Origin: Macrostomum lignano
Lineage: Eukaryota
NCBI GenBank assembly: GCA_002269645.1
Contig: NIVC01001712.1
Span: 1 to 34,708 of the forward strand
Length of the DNA: 34,708 bases
Reading direction: 5' to 3'
Numbering within the stretch: position 1 is the stretch's first letter; each line of letters opens with the position of its first letter. A program made the translations under genes and the position numbers. Below, piece by piece: positions 1-10,346 of the stretch. The notes under the pieces were generated by a model, which was given only the letters and a program-made list of their open reading frames with translations, did no database searches and was not told the origin of the DNA.

Positions 1-330
1 TTCGATGGGATATAGGATTCGATGGATATAGGATTCGATGGATATAGGATTCGATGGATATGGGATTAAATGGGAGTTGGGGTTCGATGGGAATATGGGA
101 TTAAATGGAATTGAAATTCAGTGGGATATGGGATTCAATGGAGATTTGGGATTCAGTGGGATTTGGGGTTCAAAGGAGATTTGGGACTCAGTGGGATTTG
201 GGATTCAATAGGGTATGGGATTAAATGGGATTTAGGATTTGATGGGATTTGTGATTCAATGGGATATGGGATTCAATGAGAGTGTGAGATTCAATAGGAT
301 TTGGGATTAAATTGGATATAGAACTCAAAG
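1..330. repeat. Degenerate ~16-17-bp minisatellite (ttcgatgggatatagga) in TAF1 intron 1
   Basis: Near-exact units at 1-60 decay progressively into gggatt/ggattc variants to ~330. The array runs off the left edge of the window. Confidence 0.85.
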
Positions 331-366
331 GAACGTGAAATTGGCAAGAAGCCAAGAGAAACTAAC

Positions 367-2963
367 CTGTAGAAAATCGCGCAAGAAATTATTCGCCCGT
401 TTAGAGTTCGGTGCCGGCACTTCAATTAGCGGGCACTCCTGGCCAACCGTGTACACGGTGCCCAATAGTCTGATACTGTAGCCATTACGATTTCGAATCA
501 ATAGAAAATCTGTCAGTCTAGGCTTGTGCGGATATATTGGAGCCCGGAACAGATTGTTCTCAATAGATTGCAGACATTGTCCGGGCGAAATTGGCCAAGA
601 AATGGATTGATCGTCATTGCAAGCGACTGGTTCGCCGTGCTCCCGTTGCGGAATCGAGCTCTTATCAGCTTCGGTATTACTATCCGCGCATCGCTATCAA
701 CCGGTACAGATCGTTTATAATAATTAATAATTTTAGTTGCCATGCCAATTGCATCATCAATGGCGGATATTCTTCGGAATATTCGCTAAAATTAAATCGC
801 CATCCGTAGCTGTCAGATCAGCCGGGGTTCGCATAAAGAAAATATTACCGCCCGCCAAGTGCAAGTCGTTCGCTTTCTAACTGCTGCCTACGCCGCTCGA
901 TCTGCTTAGCAAGATTCAACACCGGAAGAGGAGTATCGTAGGCCGACATAGGGCCGCGTTGGTAGCGTCGCAACGGCGGCCGATACCAGACGCGCAATTT
1001 TTGCGGCGTCAAATTAGTTGGGAAATATTCCGGTCGCAGTTCCATAGCCGGAGTGGAGTGCTGCAGTATCGAGCCTATAGTAGGGCCGGCGCCGCCGCCG
1101 GTGCGGACTAGCTGGCTACTATTGCGATAGAATTGATCGTTGCTCAAATTAAACGCCTCATCCGATGCCAATAGTTGGTTTAGTTGCATGTTTTGCTTAG
1201 ACAATAATCCATCTGATTCAGCGTTCTCATTAGCTGCTGACGCGATCCGGTAAGTAGACGGATCAATTACCAAGGCCTCATCGTTCAGGTCAAGCGTGAG
1301 AACGTACGGCCGACCAAGGGTATCGGCTTTAGAGCCGTCCCACACAATGTTATCCTCCCAATTAGTGTAGGCTAATTCTGTATTATCAACAGCGAATATA
1401 CTACGCCAGCCTCGTACTTTGGTCCGGCATTAGCTTCTCAACTCGGATAAGTGCCTCCGTACTGGCGTGTGAAAATCTTCAAGAGTTCGCGAAGCTGACG
1501 ACGGAATCCAACCGCAATAGCCGGCATTAGCTCGGTTGCTAGCCTGAATTTTCTCCTTAGCAACCTCGGCGTCCCAGACTATATCGTCTTCCCAGTGGAT
1601 TAAGTTGGCCATATTAAATAAATCATCGTTTAGTGACGGCGCAGAAGCTGTTGCTGTCACGCGAATCACCAATGTCGTCTTCGTCAAGTGGGGACGATTT
1701 TTCACCATCTCTGCTATCGTCTTCATCCTCATCCGTTGCGTCCCCATTTCCGCTAATATTTCTTTGCTTTTTATCATTCCTTTTAGACGACGCAGTTGAG
1801 GCCGATTTTGGAAGCGGAAAAGCGGTCAGATCCGACACCGGACCGTCTGGCGGCGGCAAGCCAAGCATGTCGTACCAAAGCGCCGCCGGGCCAAAGCGCC
1901 AACGATTGCCGACACCTTCAAGTAGGCTGTCTCTGCCTGAAGCTTCCAGCGCGGCACCGGCGGCATCGACGGCCGATTGACCTTGACCGCTAATATTCTC
2001 ATCTTCGTTGAGTTGTTCTAATAAACCGGACGCTGGCGGTTGCGGCACTTTCAACTGACGCTGCAGTTGGACAGTGTCCGGTAATAATTGGCTATTATCA
2101 ACTGGCAACTCGCCCATATCGATATCGTCTATATACACGTGCGGCAGTTCAGGATCGGCGGGGTGAACAGACAACGGTCGTGGCAATTCGTTTGGCGGCA
2201 CCCTATCAGCGTAAGCTGTCCGCTTCACCGACGGTTTAAACAATCGAGACCAGCGCGGTATGATTTCTGGATCAAAGTCGGGAAATAAGAGGCGTATGTC
2301 GGTATTGCGATATTCTTCCGGACAAATATTAGCTAGCGGCCGTTTCGGATCAATAACTGGCTCTTCAAACGGTATCACTACTGGTAAAATTTGTGGCGCC
2401 TTCTCCGACTGTGGCTGCGCGGCGGATAAAGAAAAAAGCGCCGGCGCTCGTTCAGGCGGGATTTTTGTCGGCGGCGGCATCAGGCTGGCGTCTTTGCTGA
2501 CCTGCTCAGCAGCGGTGCCAGCGGCATCGGAGGCGGCTTTGTCATTATCATAATCATCGTCATACTCATCGTCTCCTTTAACGGCAGCATCCAGGCTAGC
2601 CGCAGCCTCCAGCATCGCGGCGTCATCAACTGCAGCCTCGTCAATGTCGTAGAAATCTTGACGTTCAACGGTTGGTTTACTGTCAGCTGATTCAGCTTCA
2701 TCGGCTGTAGCCGAGGAAAGAGCTTGAGCAGTATTAGCAGTGGTTGCAAACACCTCTTTATTGATGATTAGATCTTTATCGGCGGCTTGGCATTTAGCCA
2801 AATCGCGTATATGTCTGCGACCCTCTTCTTCGGGGAATTCTTCTAGTTCGCCAGATTCGTTCACGTTGCCGAACATGAATCCGGCCAAGTTGAAGCCGCC
2901 CTTGTTTTCCGTTTCTTCAACATCATTGCCGCCGTTTAAAGCACCGTAAGCGTCATCTGACAT
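367..2963 (-). CDS. TAF1: TFIID subunit TAF1, large first coding exon (N-terminal ~860 aa), with several apparent single-base frame breaks; gene continues beyond the window start
   Basis: TAND-like N-terminus FNLAGFMFGNVNESGELEE. Further motifs: HWEDDIVWD, WRSIFAVDNTELAYTNWEDNIVWD, VLTLDLNDEALVI, RVWYRPPLRR, FFMRTPADLTATDGDLILA, MATKIINYYKR, PFLGQ, IENNLFRAPIYPHK, TDFLLIR, VGQECPLIEVPAPNSKRANNFLRDFLQ. The exon ends at a CAG|GTTAGT donor (367/366). The motifs are spread over track ORFs 1623-2963, 1430-1777, 845-1345, 513-743 and the frames between them. Confidence 0.93.
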
Positions 2964-3169
2964 GGCGTTTGGTTATTGTTATTGACTCGATAGTTTTTAT
3001 TGATTAGTTAGTCAAAATCAACCAAGCTATTGCTATAGCTTGAGGCAAGCTAAAGCTTCACTTGATTTGGGTGTAATTTCTTTTCGTTTAGTTGAATATA
3101 TTTTAGTTGGGCAGAAAAACGAGAACGGTTTATCATCAAGCAGTAAGAGTGTATTTTAATGCTATATAG

Positions 3170-3308
3170 CAGGGGTCGGCAAACTTCCTTTGAAACTTCA
3201 CAATAGCAATCCGGCCAGCCCAAGGTTTGTGTCTCTTCTCAGCTCTCTTTTCTTTCTTTTCTCTCTCCTCTCTCTGGCCCTCAAGTTAAAAAAGTTTGCT
3301 AACCCATT
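3170..3308. mobile_element. Possible decayed hAT/Charlie-like MITE relic
   Basis: CAGGGGTCGGCAAAC at 3170 resembles hAT-Charlie terminal repeats. A partial inverted match gtttgctaaccc lies at 3294. No 8-bp TSD found. Confidence 0.25.
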
Positions 3309-4152
3309 TCATAATAGCATTTAGTAGTTAATTAGTCAATTTGTCACGAACAGTACTCTCCGGAGACTATAGTGGAGAAGAAAGTTTTTTTTCCAAATTA
3401 AGAGCTTACGGAACAATGCATCAATCAATTTATCTCTACTAAAAGGAAAACTATCTGTGACTGCTAATAATAAGACGCGTGATCAGCTAGAGAATATATT
3501 GCCTTAGGACTCCTAAGGTATAGGTAGGTACCGACAGCCGAGGGGGAAAACACAGCCCCTCATAATCCAACACTGCTGTCGTGCAAAAAGACCATAACTC
3601 CACAGACTAGCTAGATATACCTTTAATAATAACGCTAGAGTATAGCTTGCAAGATGAGAAGACTTAGCTCATATTTTATTACACTAATAATTTACGCGTG
3701 TCCAAGGCCTTGACATCAATTAAATCAAAGCCAAACAAGAGGCTCAGCTGATTTGACCATAACTCGAAACACGCGAGAATCCGTAGGGTAACAAAATAAC
3801 AAGACTTTCCCGTAAAATCAGCAATCTTTCTGCCTGAGTGACTGACTCACTGATAATACGAATCACGGCACTAACATACTACTTTCTGGATAAGAATGCA
3901 TTAGAACAAAAGAAAATTAAGCAAATTATGCACCAACGGAAAAATGCTAGCTTTTTTACCTATTCATTCGAGCGTCCTTAACGTGTCATTTTATTTGAAG
4001 GAAATTGAATCAAATTATATTCTGTACAAGTATGTAATTTTGTTTCTATAAAGCATTCAATTTTGTCTTGGCTAAAATTGCAGTCCCAGGTAGCGCATAA
4101 ACAAAAGAATAAAAGACAAACAAAGGAGAAATGATAGCGAAGCTGTGAGACT

Positions 4153-4155
<3 letters not shown>

Positions 4156-4204
<49 letters not shown>

Positions 4205-4248
4205 GACAGAGAGAGAGAGGGAGAGAGAGAGAGGGAGAGAGAGAGAGA
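4156..4248. repeat. (GA)n microsatellite
   Basis: Direct reading of the sequence. Confidence 0.97.
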
Positions 4249-4293
4249 AAAAACATACACAACAAGACAAATGAAATAGATAGATCGATAGTC

Positions 4294-4936
<643 letters not shown>

Positions 4937-4999
4937 TAATATCAAGCCAAAGACAGAACAAATGCCGCAGAAATCAGCAAGTCAGTCAGTCAGCCAGCC

Positions 5000-6320
5000 T
5001 CAGTCGCTATCCCCAATGAGTTCGCCAACCGGCATGCACTGAGCAGCACGGGGATCAGCGGCCACTTTTCCGGCGCCCTGCCTTCGTCGTTTCAGCTTCA
5101 AGCGTTCAATCCGCTCCGACTTGCTGTCGAGATACTCCTGAAACCCGGCGGCCTCCAGATTGGCATAGGTCAGCACGTCGACAAAAAAATCCAGCCGACA
5201 ATTAACGGCCTCAGCAACTAGAGCTATGTCAGCCGGCTGTAGCCAATGGGGCAGCGACAACTCGCTACCGTCAGTAAACAATCGAGCTTCTAACGGCTTT
5301 AACGGATTGTTGCCTAGCAACAATAAGCAATCTTGCTCGGGGAAACTATCGCCAGTTTGTTGACATTGACAACAGCATTTAGCCGAGACAATAAGGCCTG
5401 CACTAAGAGGAATTGGCGATTGTGTTATAATCTCTAAACGGCATTCAGGCGGCTGACCGATCTTGCATAGCAACAACTCGGATACGACAGTCGTCTATCA
5501 CCACTAGCGTCATTAGCAACAATAATCGAGTTTTTGAATGCATCGGTTGGCATGGAAACGCAAGCGGCTACGTTAAGCCGTTGCGACACAATCAGGTGAC
5601 AATAGGTCCTATCGCCGCTAGTTGATGAAGATTTTGGCAATTGCAGGCTGGATAATTCCAAGCCTAATGCTGGATTCCAAGCTCGAAAACTGCCATCAGA
5701 GGACAGGCTTAACAGACAGGCGCTGGACAGGCAAGTGGACAGGCCTAGGACTGGAGAGTCGTGGCCAAGGCAGAACGATTCGATATTGTAAGCATTCGGT
5801 AGGTGACTAATTCGAATACGTGCATCGGCGTCTGCGGTTGCTAGGCAACGAATGTCATTAGCAACCGAGGCTGGAACGAGTTCAATAGCTGTTAGCATGG
5901 CCAAGTGGCCTAGAACGAGTTCGCCGCTACTAGAAGAGCTAGAATTAGTTGCTATAGCAACGCTTAAAACGTCGCCACCTTTGTCGGCAATGTACAACAG
6001 AGTCGCATCGGAGGAAGTTTTGGCGTCGTCAAATAGCAGAAACGCGGCCCGTTTAACGCAGTTTACACTGGCAACCGTTGCTAACAAGTCGGTCTTGTTC
6101 AAGTCTAAAACTCTAACAACTTTTGCATCGGTAGCAACTGCTAAAAAATTTCCGCAAGGACTAGCAGCAAAGCAAAGCACGGATTCTTTGCCGCCTTTGG
6201 CATCTTCTGAAGAGGAGAATATTATAGTTGAATTGGCATCGTTGGTGTTGGACGAAATCTGGCAACACTGTGACGTAATTGAAGCCACACGTCTCCCGAT
6301 AAAGCATCCACGTGTAACAT
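5000..6320 (-). CDS. WDR4: WDR4/TRM82-like WD40 subunit of the tRNA m7G46 methyltransferase, with two -1 frame breaks (indel errors or short introns)
   Basis: Motifs: VLCFAASPCGNFLAVATDAK, LYIADKGGDV, LVLGHLAMLTAIEL, LATADADARIRISHLPNAYNIESFCLGHDSPV, LLSLSSDGSFRAWN. The C-terminal FQEYLDSKSERIERLKLKRRR matches the WDR4 tail. The likely ATG is at 6320 (MLHVDALSGDVWLQLRHSVARF, a different frame from track ORF 5434-6288). The C-terminus lies in ORF 5000-5476. Confidence 0.85.
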
Positions 6321-6419
6321 TATGCTGCGTTACTTATTCTGAGTTGTCTTAATCTGAAACAGGAGCAAATAGAAATAGCAATTAAAAAACTTTATCAGGT
6401 GGGACACTTAAGGGGGCTT

Positions 6420-6782
6420 TAGAGGACTCTTCGCTACCTTTCTCAGGTTGATTCAGAGGACTCTCCGCTACCCTTCTCAGGTAGCTTCAGAGAACTCTCC
6501 GCTACCCTCCTCAGGTAGCTTCAGAGAACTCTCCGCTACCCTCCTCAGGTAGCTTCAGAGAACTCTCCGCTACCCTCCTCAGGTAGCTTCAGAGAACTCT
6601 CCGCTACCCTTCTCAGGTAGCTTCAGAGAACTCTCCGCTACCCTCCTCAGGTAGCTTCAGAGAACTCTCCGCTACCCTCCTCAGGTAGCTTCAGAGAACT
6701 CTCCGCTACCCTGCTCAGGGAGCTTCAGAGGACTCTCCGTTACTCTGCTCAGGTAGCTTCAAAGGACTCTTCGCTACACTCT
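6420..6782. repeat. 34-bp minisatellite (ctccgctaccctcctcaggtagcttcagagaact), ~10-11 units, between DPP9 and WDR4
   Basis: Period measured at 6481 vs 6515. Core units are nearly identical and edge units are degenerate. Confidence 0.95.
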
Positions 6783-7458
6783 TCAGGGTTTTCCTTGAAA
6801 TCTATCAACTATAAATTTATGAAGTAGTAAAATTATTACTTTAAAATTGATAACCAATCAGTTTCATACCTAAAAATAATGGCGGTAAGAAATAAGGTAC
6901 ATACCTAACATTGAATTATTTATTATGATCAAAAAACACGGTCATTAAATTTATTATTAGACATTTCAAATAAAAACACTATATTCAATAGCGTAAAGTA
7001 ATATTGACAGATGAAAGTTATTTACTGAAATTTCGAGTACAATCGCCTGATTGATCAACAATAATAAAAAATTGGCGGAAGGCTTGAAAGGATAAAAAAC
7101 GAATTCAGTATAGTTTACAGCAATTTCTAAGAGCATGCAGCATATTAAGAGGGAAGATTTATGACTAATAATAATTTTTTTTTCTCAAAAGTTTGTGCAA
7201 AACTGGCCTACTTGAATTATTAGATTAAACTTTATAATTTTTTCTATATGACACTTAAGATTTTATATAATTGAAGCACTAAGTTATAAGTTTCATTGTC
7301 CACTATTACTACTAGAATGGCATTCATGAGTAGTATAATTAGTAAAATTAGCAATAAATCAAACAAAATATCGCAATCCCGGCGTTTCTTTTGTCGTCAT
7401 ACAAAAATCGGTTTTATTGATAATTTCTAAGAGAAGAGCCACAACGACAACACGGTCA

Positions 7459-7551
7459 TCAGAGGTGTTGGCAGAGAAAGTGCATTAAGCACGTCTCAAA
7501 ATGATCCTTGGATAGAGCATTCCGCAGGCCGTGTCGTTCGCTTGGATAAAT
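7459..7551 (-). CDS. DPP9: DPP8/9 exon 6 (last): IYPSERHGLRNALSKDHFETCLMHFLCQHL*, carries the catalytic His
   Basis: Absent from the ORF track; translated by hand. Acceptor ttttttcag at 7552, phase 0, joins PYNLL of exon 5. Stop TGA at 7459-7461. Confidence 0.9.
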   Translation of the reverse strand: MYPSERHGLRNALSKDHFETCLMHFLCQHL

Positions 7552-7649
7552 CTGAAAAAATTGTATTAAGTGACATTTTAAGAGATTTTGATAGCTCATC
7601 AGAACAACTGTAGAAAAAAGATTTTTTAATTACATGCATTTAATACTTG

Positions 7650-8090
<441 letters not shown>

Positions 8091-8094
8091 AGAG

Positions 8095-8870
8095 GAGAGA
8101 GAGGAGAGGAGAGGGGATGAGTCGAGGAGAGAAGAGAGAGAGGAGAGGAGAGGGGATGAGTCGAGGAGAGAAGAGAGAGAGGAGAGGAGAGGGGATGAGT
8201 CGAGGAGAGAAGAGAGAGAGGAGAGGAGAGGGGATGAGTCGAGGAGAGAAGAGAGAGAGGAGAGGAGAGGGGATGAGTCGAGGAGAGGAGAGGGGATGAG
8301 TCGAGGAGAGAAGAGAGAGAGGAGAGGAGAGGGGATGAGTCGAGGAGAGAAGAGAGAGAGGAGAGGAGAGGGGATGAGTCGAGGAGAGAAGAGAGAGAGG
8401 AGAGGAGAGGGGATGAGTCGAGGAGAGAAGAGAGAGAGGAGAGGAGAGGGGATGAGTCGAGGAGAGAAGAGAGAGAGGAGAGGAGAGGGGATGAGTCGAG
8501 GAGAGGAGAGGGGATGAGTCGAGGAGAGAAGAGAGAGAGGAGAGGAGAGGGGATGAGTCGAGGAGAGAAGAGAGAGAGGAGAGGAGAGGGGATGAGTCGA
8601 GGAGAGAAGAGAGAGAGGAGAGGAGAGGGGATGAGTCGAGGAGAGGAGAGGGGATGAGTCGAGGAGAGAAGAGAGAGAGGAGAGGAGAGGGGATGAGTCG
8701 AGGAGAGAAGAGAGAGAGGAGAGGAGAGGGGATGAGTCGAGGAGAGAAGAGAGAGAGGAGAGGAGAGGGGATGAGTCGAGGAGAGGAGAGGGGATGAGTC
8801 GAGGAGAGAAGAGAGAGAGGAGAGGAGAGGGGATGAGTCGAGGAGAGAAGAGAGAGAGGAGAGGAGAGGG
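8095..8870. repeat. 39-bp purine-rich minisatellite (ggggatgagtcgaggagagaagagagagaggagaggaga) with occasional ~22-bp short units
   Basis: 13-aa periodicity (PLLSLFSPRLIPS) in the overlapping artefact ORFs, plus direct reading. Confidence 0.95.
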
Positions 8871-8919
8871 TACCTCTGATTCAGATGCACACAAGTAAAA
8901 CAGACCAAAAAACGCTCAC

Positions 8920-9445
8920 CAACAGATTATAAGGCTTCTTAGCCAGTACAAGCTTATCCAAGAGCTTAGCGGTGTGATAATAGTGCACATTCTCATCAAT
9001 ACTACCGTGCACAACAAGTAAGCGATTGGCTTCGCCAGGAAATCCGCTAGCTTTATTGGCTCCGATAACGCTTGACGCTTCGTAGCAACCGCCGGGTCCG
9101 TCCGGCAGGCCCATGTAGCGCTCAGTGTAGGCGGTGTCGTACAGCTCCCACTCGGTAACCGGGGCTCCGGCCACGCCTAGCCTATAGATATTGTTAAAGT
9201 CTCGCATGCCAATCAGGGTCAGGTAGCCGCCGTAGCTCCAACCGAACAGGCCAACTCGATTTAAATCGATGCAGCCGAATTTTTTGGCGGCAAACTCCAA
9301 ACCGGCCACTTGATCTGGCAACTCTAAGCTGCCCAATTTGTGCCGGATTTCGGCGGCAAATTCGCGGCCGCGATTCTCCGAGCCGCGATTGTCTACTATG
9401 AGTACGCAGAAGCCAAAATAGCAGGCTTTTGTGACGCGATGGAAG
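8920..9445 (-). CDS. DPP9: DPP8/9 exon 5: FHRVTKACYFGFCVLIVDNRGS...GWSYGG...ELYDTAYTERYMG...HGSIDENVH...PYNLL (catalytic Ser and Asp)
   Basis: S9B nucleophile motif GWSYGG and the DENVH motif. Acceptor tttcag at 9446 and donor GTGAGC at 8919. Splice phases are consistent with exons 4 and 6. Confidence 0.93.
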
Positions 9446-9579
9446 CTGAAACTGTTTTAAAAGACAGTTAGGCATGCACAAGCTACTATTAGTAGTTTTA
9501 ACGTGTAGGGCAATTAATAATTGTGATTTATATTAAAAAAACGCGAAACAAAAAACTGCCCGTTTGAATGACCTTTAAA

Positions 9580-9732
9580 TTTACACTCATTTCTATTCAC
9601 GTAGACCCCAATTAAATCAGGCCAATCAAATGTACACTCATTTCTATTCACGTAGACCCCAATTAAATCAGACCAATCAAGTGTACACTCATTTCTATTC
9701 TCGTAGACCCCAATTAAATCAGGCCAATCAAA
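9580..9732. repeat. 51-bp minisatellite, left part (3 units: tgtacactcatttctattcacgtagaccccaattaaatcaggccaatcaaa)
   Basis: Units start at 9580, 9631 and 9682. The array is interrupted at 9733 and resumes at 19668. Confidence 0.95.
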
Positions 9733-10217
9733 TCCTATATACTAAAAATGAGTTGTCTGTATGTATGTATGTATATGGGTATGCGATTGATTTCAGAAAA
9801 AACGGCTCAACCGATTTTCTTCAAACTTGCATCATTCGATCAGAAATTTTCCTGGCACAGTACATGCATCTTGGCTAAGAAATTGCTCAATGTTAAAGGG
9901 ATTAAATATTCGAAAAACACGCTTTTTTGCAAAGGTCAAGCCAAATTTTCGACTTGAAATGCATTGTAAGAATGCTAGAGAAAAAACTGACTGACTGAAT
10001 TTCAATTCTGATAAAGATTGCATCACAACAAGTTGAAAACAGTGCCGAAGAAATGCACACACGACTTGATTGAAATTGCGTAACCATATTGCTAACTCGA
10101 AGTGAGACTGATACTGGCTGACTGAGAAATTGATTATGTCATAACTTTTTACTCCAATTGACTTGCTGTAAGAATTGAATTATAAGGGCCACAATTCATG
10201 TTCTCCAATTGAAAAGA

Positions 10218-10280
10218 GATAGCCCTGATGCGAACAGACTGGAATGCTAATGTAGCGACCTGGGTTCGAATCTTAGAAGC
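10218..10280 (+). other. Degenerate tRNA-derived fragment inside the Helitron
   Basis: B-box-like gggttcgaatc, weak A-box-like tagccctgatg, and an anticodon-loop-like tgctaat. It cannot form a full cloverleaf. Confidence 0.3.
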
Positions 10281-10346
10281 GCAAAATAATTTTTTTATTA
10301 AAACACCTTAAAAACAAAAAAACTGCTAAACATAAAAAAAGCGCAA

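Noticed and set aside
1430-1432. Stop-codon reassignment or readthrough (in-frame TAA in TAF1)
   Set aside because: It is a single case amid many indels. The USP, GFOD and DPP9 exons have no internal stops, so compensating frameshifts explain it better.
1640-1670. Ultra-short 16-22-nt intron (gtgattcgcgtgacag[caacag]) to repair the TAF1 frame
   Set aside because: Formally in frame, but all well-supported introns here are over 300 bp, and neighbouring breaks have no GT-AG solution.
1633-2949. Plus-strand ORFs overlapping TAF1 (and similar antisense ORFs over WDR4, GFOD and USP)
   Set aside because: Antisense shadows of real exons with no independent features.
6420-6782. CRISPR-like appearance (34-bp hairpin repeat)
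   Set aside because: Units are head-to-tail with no spacers, there are no cas genes, and the context is eukaryotic.
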